From: an uncultured Chloroflexia bacterium
GTDB taxonomy: Bacteria; Chloroflexota; Limnocylindria; Limnocylindrales; CSP1-4
Assembly (NCBI GenBank): GCA_963763775.1
Contig: CAVXPZ010000001.1
Location: forward strand, 1,184,001-1,248,000
DNA length: 64,000 bases
Direction: 5' to 3'
Shown here: positions 23,880 through 33,069 of the stretch, in pieces
Layout: each line of letters opens with the position of its first letter
Numbering within the stretch: position 1 is the stretch's first letter
Notes under the pieces: generated by a model
Told to the model about the DNA's origin: nothing
What the model saw: the letters and a program-made list of their open reading frames with translations, nothing else
The model's database searches: none
Translations under genes and position numbers: made by a program

Positions 23880-24437
23880 ATGATCGGACGACTCATCCGC
23901 TGGACCATCGGTGGTCTGGTCCTCACGACGATCGGCGGCATGATCGCCGCGCTCGTCACCAAGAGCCGGACCCCATCGGTCGGCGAGCCCGAGAGCGACG
24001 AGGTCGCGCTCGTCACGATCTTCGACGCGCTCGACTTCACGAGCACCGCCAAGGCCTTCCGCGGTGGCAGCGCCATCGTCTGGTACGCCGGGGGCGACAT
24101 CGACCTGCGCGAGGCCACGCTCGACCCGGCCGGCGCCACGCTCACGGTGAAGGTCCTGTTCGGCGGCGGGCGCGTCCTGGTCCCCGACGAGTGGAACGTG
24201 GAGCTCCACGTGAACCCGATCCTCGGTGGCGTCGCGGACACGCGCGAGGCCCGCGATCGCGCCGCGGATGCGCCGCGGCTCGTCATCGACGGGTATGCCG
24301 CGTTCGGTGGTTTCGCGGTCGATTCGTCGAAGCCCGAGGCCGAGATCGACCTGCCGGAGACGGTCGCGTCGGTCAAGGATGCGGCCGGCGACGCGGCGGA
24401 CGCCGTGACCGAGCTGGTGCCCGCGCTCGACGTCTAG
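23880..24437 (+). CDS. LiaF/DUF1707-like membrane-anchored beta-solenoid protein
   Basis: AGGAGG SD, N-terminal TM, GGDIDLREA...FGGGRVLVPDEWNV...ILGG...AAFGG pattern. Confidence 0.7.
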   Translation: MIGRLIRWTIGGLVLTTIGGMIAALVTKSRTPSVGEPESDEVALVTIFDALDFTSTAKAFRGGSAIVWYAGGDIDLREATLDPAGATLTVKVLFGGGRVLVPDEWNVELHVNPILGGVADTREARDRAADAPRLVIDGYAAFGGFAVDSSKPEAEIDLPETVASVKDAAGDAADAVTELVPALDV

Positions 24438-24485
24438 ACCGGACGCCTCGGCGCCGGGCCGCACGGCGCCCGGCAGGGCGCCTGC

Positions 24486-25454
24486 CTAGCAGCGGTACAT
24501 CGCCACCGGGTATCCCGGCTCGCAGTACCGGATGTGCAGATGGTCGTCGTGCCCGGTGAACCGGGTCGTCAGACCCTCCTTGATGAGGACCGGGTCGTTG
24601 AAGTAGATCAGCCGCACGTGGCCCGGCGCCGTCGCCCGGATGGCCTGGATGAGGCGACGCGTCGCGGTCCGGTCGTACGCCGATGACCGGTAGGTGGTCC
24701 CGCGGGCGCACTGGTCGTCCGCCTTGCGGATGAGCCGGACGTCGATGTCGAGCCCGCGGCGGTGCGTGTCGTGCCCGGCGATCTTCCCGCCGTGCTCGAG
24801 GCCGGCGTCGCCGACGGCCACCCGCCCGCTCCCGTACGCGGCGAAGAGCCGAGCCGCGGCCTCGAGGGCGTTCGTGGCCGATGACGTCGCCCAGTTCGCC
24901 GGGCCGTTGCCGACGCTGTAGTCGCAGAGCGACGTCTTCGTGAACGTCGGCAGCTCGAAGTGGGCGATGAGCCGCCGCCACGTGCCGCCGTTCATCGTGC
25001 CGGTCTGGCCCATCCCGGCGTGGCGCTGGAACGCCTTGACGGCGGCCGTCGTGCTCGCCCGCCAGACCGCGTCGGCCGCGACGTCGAGATGGCGCTTGGC
25101 GCGGAGCTCGCGCTGGGCCGCCTGGACCGCGGGGCCGGTGGCGCCTGGCCCCAGCCAGATCACCAGCTTCTGCCAGGCAGCGTCGTCGACGATGCCGTCC
25201 GACGGCAGGCCGACCGCCGCCTGCCAGGCCATCACCGCATCACGGGTCGTGGCTCCGAACACGCCGTCCGGCTTGACCGGGTACCCGCGCGCCGAGAGGA
25301 GCCCCTGGACCGCCTGGACGTCCGTGCCGCGGTCGCCGAGGTCGACGGTGGGGTAGCGCGGCCCCGGGGTCGCGGCTGCCGCCGTGGGCGCGGTCGCGGC
25401 GAGGGCGAGGAGCGCGAGGGCGCCCAGCAGCACCGGTCGAACGAGGCGTGACAT
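24486..25454 (-). CDS. Secreted peptidoglycan-binding MepA-like (LAS) murein endopeptidase
   Basis: Signal peptide; two PG_binding_1 repeats (DGVFGATTRDAVMAWQ, TTAAVKAFQR); VGD..GG..GHDTHRRGLDID and GHDDHLH zinc motifs. Confidence 0.8.
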   Translation of the reverse strand: MSRLVRPVLLGALALLALAATAPTAAAATPGPRYPTVDLGDRGTDVQAVQGLLSARGYPVKPDGVFGATTRDAVMAWQAAVGLPSDGIVDDAAWQKLVIWLGPGATGPAVQAAQRELRAKRHLDVAADAVWRASTTAAVKAFQRHAGMGQTGTMNGGTWRRLIAHFELPTFTKTSLCDYSVGNGPANWATSSATNALEAAARLFAAYGSGRVAVGDAGLEHGGKIAGHDTHRRGLDIDVRLIRKADDQCARGTTYRSSAYDRTATRRLIQAIRATAPGHVRLIYFNDPVLIKEGLTTRFTGHDDHLHIRYCEPGYPVAMYRC

Positions 25455-25479
25455 GCGCCAGAGGGTAGCCGCGAGGCCC

Positions 25480-26399
25480 TCAGCCCGCCAGCGAGACCAC
25501 CTCGGCCCGGCGCGGCGGATCGGCGCCGGGGCGTCCGCAGGTCAGCCCGGCGACCTCGATCGCGACCTCGACGGCGTCCTGGACGAGCGACGGATCGGCG
25601 AGGTCGCCGCGACCGAGGCCGCGCTCGACCCACCGAGCGAGGAACCCGCCGCCGAACGCGTCGCCGGCACCGACGGTGTCGACGACCGGGACCGTGGGGA
25701 CGGCGACCTCGACGCGAACGTCGGGGCGACCACCTGGACCGCCCGCGCTCCATCCGAGAGGAGCACGAGCCCGACGCCGTCCGCCAGGAGACCGCGAGCC
25801 GCCTCAGCGGCTGAGCGGTCCGGCGCCAGGTAGGCGAGGTCGTCGGCGCTGACCTTGGCGATGTCGGCGCGGGCGAGGACGCCGCGCAGCCGCTCGAGGT
25901 ACGCGGCACGGTCGGGGATCACCCGCGGACGGCAGTTCGGGTCGACCATCACGAGCGTGTCCGCGCCGACCGACGCCACGCCCGCCGCGATCGCCGTGGC
26001 CATCGGCTCCGCCACGAGCCCGAGCGTGCCGACGTGCAGGGCCGCCGGCGCCGTCCCGATCGCCGCCCGGACCTCATCGCTCGTGAGGCCAGGGGCGGAG
26101 GTCTCGGCGAGGTGGAACCGATAGGTCGCCGTCCCGTGCTCGTCCAGCTCCGCCACCGCGAGCGTCGTCGGGGCGTCGGTGCGCGCCTCGAACCGACCGT
26201 CGACGCCGTCCGCGGCGAGGGCGCGCCGCAGCATCGTGCCGAACCGGTCGGCCGACAGGCGTCCGAGGAATGCCACCTCGCCGCCGAGCCGGGCGATCGT
26301 CCGAGCCGTGTTGAACGGTCCCCCGCCCATGACCGCGTCGAGCTGCCCGTCCTCGTGGACGATCAGGTCGATGAGCGCCTCACCCGCGACGATGATCAT
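25480..26399 (-). CDS. PfkB family carbohydrate kinase (fructokinase-like; frameshift near 25710)
   Basis: VAGEALIDL, GGGPFNTA, DPNCRP, KVSADD; shifted frame gives DTVGAGDAFGGG...TCGRPGADPP and stop at 25480. Confidence 0.88.
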
Positions 26400-26429
26400 C
26401 GAGCCATCCTAGGGGTCGTGTAGCCTGCG

Positions 26430-27185
26430 GTGCACCCCATGGACCGCCTGACCGATGTCCCGGAATTGCTCGATGGACCGTTGGACGATCCGACCGCGCT
26501 GGCGGGCAATCTGCGCGACCTGCGTCGGATCAATCGCTGGCTCGGCGGCGTCACGCTGACCGCCACGGCGATCGAGGCCCTCGCGGCGCATCGTCGCGAC
26601 CTCTCGATCCTCGATGTCGGCACCGGCGGCGCGGACATCCCGATGGCGCTGCTGGCCGACGCCCCGAGCCGCGGCTGGACGATCCACGTCGTCGGCATCG
26701 ACAGCCGTCCGGAGGTCCTCGCCGCGGCCGCGATCGCGCTGCCGGCGGTGGCCACCACCGACGGACTCACGCTTCGAGTCGGCGACGGCCGGTCCCTGCC
26801 CTTCCCGGATGGCGCGTTCGACGTCGTCCACGCCTCGCTCCTGTTGCACCACCTCGACGGCGAGGAAGTCGTGGCGCTGCTTCGTGAGATGACCCGGGTG
26901 GCGCGACTCGGGATCGTCGTGAACGACCTGGACCGAAGCCGTCTCGCGTGGATCGGCGCGTGGCTGCTGGGCCACCTCCTGACCGGCAATCGCTACACGC
27001 GCCACGACGCGCCGTTGTCGGTCCGCCGCGCGTACCGGCTCGAGGAGGCGCTCGCGCTCGTCCGCTCCACCGGCCTGGCACCCGTGCGGACCGTGCGTGA
27101 CCGCCTCGGCCATCGCTATGCGATCGCGGCCGTGGCCCGGACGCCCTTCGGGGACCTGGGTGCCGGGGACCTGGATCGTGCCTGA
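26430..27185 (+). CDS. SAM-dependent methyltransferase
   Basis: ILDVGTGGAD motif I, LPFPDGAFDVV, LLLHHL, HDAPLSVRRAY; N-terminal ELLD..NLRDLRRINRWLGG. Confidence 0.88.
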   Translation: MHPMDRLTDVPELLDGPLDDPTALAGNLRDLRRINRWLGGVTLTATAIEALAAHRRDLSILDVGTGGADIPMALLADAPSRGWTIHVVGIDSRPEVLAAAAIALPAVATTDGLTLRVGDGRSLPFPDGAFDVVHASLLLHHLDGEEVVALLREMTRVARLGIVVNDLDRSRLAWIGAWLLGHLLTGNRYTRHDAPLSVRRAYRLEEALALVRSTGLAPVRTVRDRLGHRYAIAAVARTPFGDLGAGDLDRA

Positions 27186-28415
27186 CCCGGTGTCCCCGCG
27201 ACCGGGACCGGCCACGCCACTCGCCTCGGTCGACGTCGCGATCGTCGGCGGCGGGCCGGCGGGCGCCGCGCTCGCGAACCGACTGGCGCGCGTCGGCGTG
27301 GATGTCGTGGTCCTCGAGCGGGCGCCGTCCTGGCGCTGGCGCGCCGGCGGGGTCTTCTGCTCGCCGGCGACCGTCGCGGCGCTCCGCGGCCTCGGCCTGG
27401 GCGAGGACGACCTGTCCCGGGTCGCCTGGCCGATCCCGGCGATGCGGGTCGAGACGCTCGCCGGCACGACCTTCCGCCTCACCTACGGCACGGAAACGGG
27501 TGGGCCGTCGGCCGTCGGGCTGGATCGGTCGCGGCTCGACCCCCGATTGCTGGAGCTGGCCGAGGCCGCCGGCGCGCGCGTCTGCCGCGGCTGGACGGTG
27601 ACGCAGGTCGACCTCGAGACCGGCCGGCTCGACTGGTGCGTCGCCCGACCGGCCCGTTCACGCTGCGGGCCGCGGTCGTGGTCGGGGCGGACGGCCTCCG
27701 CTCGATGGTCGCGCGGGCCGCGGGCGTCGCCCGCTCGGCGCGGCTGTCGCCGCGGCTCGGTCTCACGTACCACCTCGCCGATCCGAGTCTGGCTCCCGGC
27801 CGGGACGCCCGGATGCACCTCCTTCCGGATGGGTACGTCGGGATCGCGCCGGTCCCGGGCTCGCGGGTCAACGTCGGGATCGTGCTGGGCTCGTCGTGGC
27901 GTCGCGCGGTCGAGCGTGACGGCGCCCGGGCCGTCGCCGATGGGATCGTGGCCGGGATCCCGCCTGCGGACGACGATCCGGCCGTGTGGCGCGACGGCGT
28001 CCCGATCGATGCCGTCGCCGGGGCGTGGCCGATCGGCCATCGCGTGACACGGCGGGCCGGGCCGGGCTGGCTGCTCGTGGGCGATGCGGCCGGGTTCCTG
28101 GACCCGTTCACCGGCGAAGGCCTGCACCGGGCGTTCGTGTCAGCCGAGCTGGCCGCGGCGGCCATCACCGCCCGCGACCGTCACCGCGGTTTCGCGGCGT
28201 ACGACCGCACCATGACCCGCCGGTTCCTCGCCAAGGACGCGGTGTCGTGGCTCGTCCAGGCGTTCCTCGCTCGACCCGCGCTCTTCGAGTACGCCGCGCG
28301 GCGCGTCGCCGACCGCGAGACGGTCCGTGCGACGATGGGTCTCGTGATGGGCGATCTCGTCCCCGCCGGCCGTGCCCTCGATCCGCGGTATCTCGCCGCG
28401 CTCCTGGCCCCGTAG
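27178..28415 (+). CDS. FAD-dependent oxidoreductase, geranylgeranyl-reductase/monooxygenase-like (frameshift near 27635)
   Basis: DVAIVGGGPAG, VVGADG, LLVGDAAGFLDPFTGEGL. Confidence 0.85.
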
Positions 28416-28420
28416 CCGCG

Positions 28421-28915
28421 ATGCACAGCACGATCGGCATCGATATCGCGGCGCCACCCGAGCTCGTGTTCGCGCTCGCGCGTGACGTCGAGCGCTGGGA
28501 GCGGCTGCTCCCCCACTACGCACGGTCGCGGGTCCGCGAGCGCGCGGCCGATGGGACCCTCGTGGTCGACTTCATCGCCCGTCGGCCGTTGATCGGCGTC
28601 CTCGGGATCGGCCTGCCGGTGGTCTGGCGGGCGCGGACGTGGTCGGAGCCGGACGAGCACCGCCTCCGGTTCGTCCACGTCGCCGGGGCCACGCGTGGCA
28701 TGGACGTCACGTGGCGCATCGAGCCGACCCCGGCCGGTTGTCGCGTCGAGATCGAGCACGCGTTCGCCCCGACGATCCCCGGGTTCGCCGCGGTAGTGGA
28801 CCGCGGGTTCACCCGGCCGATCGCGGGCCGGACCCTCGCGACGTTCCGTGCGCTCGCCGAGGCGCTGGCCGAGTCCGCGACCGCCGAGCCCGCGACCGCC
28901 GAGGTGCCGCGATGA
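28421..28915 (+). CDS. SRPBCC polyketide cyclase/aromatase-like protein
   Basis: IDIAAPPELVFALARDVERWERLLPHY, FVHVAGATRGMDVTWRI. Confidence 0.8.
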   Translation: MHSTIGIDIAAPPELVFALARDVERWERLLPHYARSRVRERAADGTLVVDFIARRPLIGVLGIGLPVVWRARTWSEPDEHRLRFVHVAGATRGMDVTWRIEPTPAGCRVEIEHAFAPTIPGFAAVVDRGFTRPIAGRTLATFRALAEALAESATAEPATAEVPR

Positions 28916-30177
28916 ACGACCGGCGCCGGGTCTGGATCACGGGGATCGGGATCATCACGGCCATCGGGACGGGCGTCGACCCCTTCCGTGCCGGTCTCCG
29001 GGCCGGACGGTCGCCGGTGAAACGGATCGACCGCTTCGACCCGAGCCAGTTCCGCTCGCAGGTGGCCGCGCAGGTCGACGACTTCGACCCGCTCTCGTGG
29101 ATGCCGCCGAAGACCGCCCGCCAGCTCGACCGGTTCAGCCAGTTCGGGCTGGTCGCGGGCCGGCTCGCGCTCGATGACGCCGGCCTGTCACCCGGCGCGG
29201 CCGGCCATCCGTCGCCGGAGCGGATCGGGATCTACCTCGGCTCGGCGCTCGGCGGGATCGCCTACGCCGAGGAACAGCACGAGCGCTACCTCGAGAAGGG
29301 CATCCGCCAGGTCGCCCCGAACCTGGCGCTGGCCGTGTTCGGCGGTGCGGCGCCGGCGAACCTGGGCATCGCGCTCGACGTTCGCGGGCCGATCCTCTCG
29401 ACCGCCAACTCGTGCGCGTCCGGCGCGGTCGCGCTCGGCGAGGCCCTCGGCGACCTTCGCGAGGGGCGGGTCGATGCGGCCATCGCCGGCGGTTGCGAGA
29501 TCCCCCTGAGCCCGCTCGCGTTCGGGGCGTTCGACATCATCCGGGCGCTCTCGGACGGCCACAACGCGACGCCCGGCACGGCGGCACGGCCGTTCGATGT
29601 CGGTCGCGACGGGTTCGTCATGGGCGAGGGCGCCGCCCTGCTCGTGCTCGAGGAGGCCGGCGCCGCGGCTCGACGCGGGGTGATGCCCTACGCGGAGGTG
29701 CTCGGGTACGGCGCCACGTCCGATGCCCATCACATGGTCCAGCCACGCGCCGACGGCCGCGAGGCCGCTCGGGCGGCCACGATCGCCCTGGAGGACGCCG
29801 GGGTCGAACCGGGAGCGATCGACTACGTGAACGCCCATGCCTCATCGACGCCCCTGGGCGATTCGGCCGAGGCGCGCGCGATCGCGACGGCCCTCGGCGA
29901 GCGGGCCTCGACGGTGCCGGTCAGCGGGACCAAGGCCCTCTACGGTCATCCCCTGGGCGCCTCGGGCGCCATCGAGGCCGCGATCTGTGCCCTGGCGATC
30001 CGCGATGGCTGGGCGCCCGCGTCGGTCAACCTCGAGGCGTCGGACGCGGAGATCTCAGGGCTGTTGCCGGGGCTCCTGCGCGAGCCGCGCGCCGGCCGGT
30101 ACGACCGGATCCTCTCGACGTCGTTCGGATTCGGGGGCCTGAATGCCTCGCTCGTCCTGGGGGCGCCGGACGGCTGA
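28912..30177 (+). CDS. Beta-ketoacyl synthase (FabF / type II KS-like)
   Basis: RVWITGIG, NSCASG catalytic Cys, NAHASST and GHPLGASG His residues, DGFVMGEG, SFGFGG; ATGA overlap with cyclase gene. Confidence 0.9.
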   Translation: MNDRRRVWITGIGIITAIGTGVDPFRAGLRAGRSPVKRIDRFDPSQFRSQVAAQVDDFDPLSWMPPKTARQLDRFSQFGLVAGRLALDDAGLSPGAAGHPSPERIGIYLGSALGGIAYAEEQHERYLEKGIRQVAPNLALAVFGGAAPANLGIALDVRGPILSTANSCASGAVALGEALGDLREGRVDAAIAGGCEIPLSPLAFGAFDIIRALSDGHNATPGTAARPFDVGRDGFVMGEGAALLVLEEAGAAARRGVMPYAEVLGYGATSDAHHMVQPRADGREAARAATIALEDAGVEPGAIDYVNAHASSTPLGDSAEARAIATALGERASTVPVSGTKALYGHPLGASGAIEAAICALAIRDGWAPASVNLEASDAEISGLLPGLLREPRAGRYDRILSTSFGFGGLNASLVLGAPDG

Positions 30178-30202
30178 CGCGGGCCATCCTCCGCGCGGCC
30201 GC

Positions 30203-30340
30203 GGCACGGTTCCGTGCCGTCGGACGAACGTCCGGGCCTTCCGGCGACGATCGGCACGGACATCGTGCCATTCGACGCCAGAGCGACCCTCCAGCAGACC
30301 ATCCTGGCGCTCCGGCCGACCGATGGCACGAGATCGTGCC
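30203..30340. repeat. Three copies of palindrome GGCACG-N4/5-CGTGCC in a convergent intergenic gap
   Basis: Copies at 30203-30218, 30253-30269, 30325-30340; start-to-start 50 and 72 bp; intervening sequence unrelated. Confidence 0.7.
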
Positions 30341-30364
30341 AAGCCCCGAGGATCGGGAGCGGCG

Positions 30365-31687
30365 TCAGTTCGGGCGAGCCGTCCCCGGGAGCGCACCCGC
30401 CGGTCCGCGCGGAAGCTCGGCCGCCCCGGCCGAGGCCGGGCTCGCCGCAGTCGGACGGATCGGTCGATCAAGCGCCCTGCGGCGGATCCACGCGAAGGCG
30501 ACCACGCCGACGGCCAGCGAGAGGATGCCGCCGACGGCCATGGCGATCTCGATGCCCAGGCTCGAGGCGATCGCGCCCATCAGCAGCCCCCCGATCGGGG
30601 TCGAGCCCGCGAAGATCGTCGTATAGAAGCTCATGACGCGGCCGCGGAGCTGGTCCGGTGAGGAGAGCTGGAGCGTGGTGTTCGCGGTGGCGGCCATCGC
30701 GATGGCCCCGAACCCGACTCCGACCATGAGCAGCATCGACAGCGGGTAGGACCGCGAGATCGCCAGGAACACCTCGCCGATGCCGAGCATGGCCGCGCCC
30801 CACGCCATCCGCGAGGGCTTCGGGCTGCCGCCGAACGCGAGCCACAGGGCCGCGAGCAGCGAACCGACGCCCGAGGCGGCCATGAGGAACCCGTACGCCG
30901 TGGCATCGCCGCCGAGCGTCTCCTCGGTCAGGGTCGGGATGACGACGCCGAAGTTCATGCCGAACGTGCTGACGAGCCCGACGATCAGCACCGCGAGGAG
31001 GACCAGCGGTGTGCCGCGCACGTAGACGAATCCTTCGCGCAGGTAGGCGAACACGCCGTGCACGGACCGCGGGCGGTCGATGCGCGGCGAGGGCCGCAGC
31101 TCCGAGTCCCGCATCGCGAGCAGGCCGATGATCACCGCCAGGAAGCTCAGGGCGTTCACCGCGAACGCCGCAGCCACGCCGATCAGCCCGATCGTCAAGC
31201 CGGCCACAGCCGGACCGACGATGCGCGCGCCGTTGAACATCGCCGAATTGAGGGCGACGGCGTTGCCGATGTCCTCGCGATCGACCATCTCCGGCGCGAA
31301 CGACTGACGCACCGGCATGTCGACCGCGTTAGCGCAACCGAGCAGCAGGGCGAGTCCGACGATCATGGGGACGGTCACGAGACCGGTCGCGGTGAGGATG
31401 GCGAGCGTGAGGGCCAGCAGCATCATCACCGTCTGCACGACGATGAGGGTCGGGCGCTTCGGGAGGGTGTCGGCGAGGACGCCGGCGAACAGCCCGAAGA
31501 TCATCACGGGGATGAACTGCGCCGCGGCGACGACGCCGAGCCAGAGCGGGTCGTGCGTGAGCTGGAGCACCAGCCAGGCCTGCGCGACCTGCTGCATCCA
31601 GGTCCCGACCAGCGAGATCGCCTGGCCGGTGAAGAACAGTCGGTAGTTGCGGTGGGCGAAGGCGCTGACGCCTCGGGATCCGGTCAT
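30365..31687 (-). CDS. MFS transporter (MFS_3/DUF894 efflux type)
   Basis: AFAHRNYRLFFTGQAISLVGTWMQ, NAVALNSAMFNGARIVGP, LRGRVMS. Confidence 0.9.
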   Translation of the reverse strand: MTGSRGVSAFAHRNYRLFFTGQAISLVGTWMQQVAQAWLVLQLTHDPLWLGVVAAAQFIPVMIFGLFAGVLADTLPKRPTLIVVQTVMMLLALTLAILTATGLVTVPMIVGLALLLGCANAVDMPVRQSFAPEMVDREDIGNAVALNSAMFNGARIVGPAVAGLTIGLIGVAAAFAVNALSFLAVIIGLLAMRDSELRPSPRIDRPRSVHGVFAYLREGFVYVRGTPLVLLAVLIVGLVSTFGMNFGVVIPTLTEETLGGDATAYGFLMAASGVGSLLAALWLAFGGSPKPSRMAWGAAMLGIGEVFLAISRSYPLSMLLMVGVGFGAIAMAATANTTLQLSSPDQLRGRVMSFYTTIFAGSTPIGGLLMGAIASSLGIEIAMAVGGILSLAVGVVAFAWIRRRALDRPIRPTAASPASAGAAELPRGPAGALPGTARPN

Positions 31688-32217
31688 CGCTGGATCCGCT
31701 TCGGCGTCGTCGGTCGAGCTTCGGGATCCACGGGTCCCGGTGCCTCTCCGAGATCGCCGAGGTGGCGGTCGATGTGCGCCTGACGCTCCAGGGCCTCGGC
31801 GATCATCGTCGCGAGACGCTCGGCCTTGGCCTCGAGCAGCGCGATCTGGCGGTCGACGCGCTCTCGGGCTTCTTCGAAGTAGCGCCGGCGCTCGTCCGGG
31901 TCGGTCGTCTGGCGGAGCCGCTCGCGGTTGCGTTCGCGCGCGGCGTCGTCCTCGAGGAGCTGGCCGATCTGGGCAAGGCTGAACCCGGCGTCGTCGCGCA
32001 GGCCCTTGATGAACCGCAGGCGCTCGATGTCCGAGGGGTCGTACAGGCGGTAGTCGCCGTCGGATCGCGCGGCGGGCTCGAGCAGCCCGACCTCCTCGTA
32101 GTAGCGGATCGAGCGAGTCGTCAGGCCGAGTTCGGCCGCGACCTCGTTGATCCGGAGGAGGCGGGGTTCGGGCGTGGCGGGGGCCGTCGAGGCGGCGCGG
32201 GCGGGCGAGTCGGTCAT
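31684..32217 (-). CDS. MerR family transcriptional regulator
   Basis: RINEVAAELGLTTRSIRYYEEVGLL...YRLY HTH plus coiled coil; GGAG SD before ATG at 32217. Confidence 0.9.
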   Translation of the reverse strand: MTDSPARAASTAPATPEPRLLRINEVAAELGLTTRSIRYYEEVGLLEPAARSDGDYRLYDPSDIERLRFIKGLRDDAGFSLAQIGQLLEDDAARERNRERLRQTTDPDERRRYFEEARERVDRQIALLEAKAERLATMIAEALERQAHIDRHLGDLGEAPGPVDPEARPTTPKRIQR

Positions 32218-32229
32218 GTCTCCCCCGGA

Positions 32230-32261
32230 TGCTAGCACAACCTTGACGTTCACGTAAAGGT
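32230..32261 (-). promoter_or_regulatory. MerR-type palindromic operator overlapping the promoter
   Basis: ACCTTGACGTTCACGTAAAGGT (32240-32261) is 18/22 self-complementary; minus strand reads TTTACG-18 nt-TAGCAT with TG extension. Confidence 0.7.
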
Positions 32262-32372
32262 CATAGCCATCGCGAGGCCGCTCCCCCGGCTCCCGCCGCG
32301 GGAGCACGCCGAGAACGCCAGAGGTGTACCGTCCGGCATCCGGTCATGCAAGGTCGCTCCAGGGAGGGTCCC

Positions 32373-32738
32373 ATGCGGTTCATCCAGGAGATCGGGTACA
32401 CGGTCCGCCTCGGTCAGGAGGAGGCCCACCAGCGCTGGCTGATCGACAACGACGCCGCGCTGCGAGCGGCCGCGCCGGCTGGCACGACGTATCTCGGCAC
32501 GTTCACGGTGGTCTTCTCGTCCGAGAAGCACGCCGGCGGGTACAAGGTCCTGATGGAGCTCGACAGCTACGGCGCCATGGACGCAGCCGCGGCCGCGATG
32601 AAGGACCCGAACAGCGACTGGGCACGACTGCTGCTCGAGTCGTCGGTGTTCTGGGAGACGGACCTCAACGCGGCATGGAGCAACGGGCTGCTCAAGAACG
32701 TCGTCGACGCGACGATCTGGGATCCGAAGCAGGAGTAG
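32373..32738 (+). CDS. Hypothetical protein
   Basis: GGAGG SD, GC3-biased codons, MRFIQEIGYTV...; no family recognised. Confidence 0.7.
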   Translation: MRFIQEIGYTVRLGQEEAHQRWLIDNDAALRAAAPAGTTYLGTFTVVFSSEKHAGGYKVLMELDSYGAMDAAAAAMKDPNSDWARLLLESSVFWETDLNAAWSNGLLKNVVDATIWDPKQE

Positions 32739-32743
32739 TCGAC

Positions 32744-32956
32744 ATGGTCGAATACGGGAATGGCGTCGGTCAGGTCGCCGGCCGCGCGAACGGCGGGTCG
32801 GGCGGCGGCGGCGGCTCGATGGACATGGGTGCCTCGCTCGGCCGGTTCGTCAACGACTCCGCCCACACGATCTCGACGATGCCGCCGGCCGCGCTTCTGG
32901 CGGGCATCTTCCTGATCGTGGTCGGGTTCTTCGTGCTCAAGCGGGTGCTGTTCTAG
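32744..32956 (+). CDS. Small single-pass membrane protein
   Basis: AGGAG SD; MVEYGNGVGQ..Gly-rich..C-terminal TM ending KRVLF. Confidence 0.6.
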   Translation: MVEYGNGVGQVAGRANGGSGGGGGSMDMGASLGRFVNDSAHTISTMPPAALLAGIFLIVVGFFVLKRVLF

Positions 32957-33069
32957 ACCGTGGGCCTGGGCCGCGAGATGCCGCGGTCCTGCCCGGGCTG
33001 TGAGGACGGCGGACCCACGCCTCGGTACCTCGCGGCGCTGGCGTCATGCCTGGCGTCATCGCGCTGGCC

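Noticed and set aside
32957-33069. Weak inverted and direct repeats (TGGCGTCAT twice) in a convergent gap
   Set aside because: Short, GC-rich and without regular period; compatible with chance or a simple terminator
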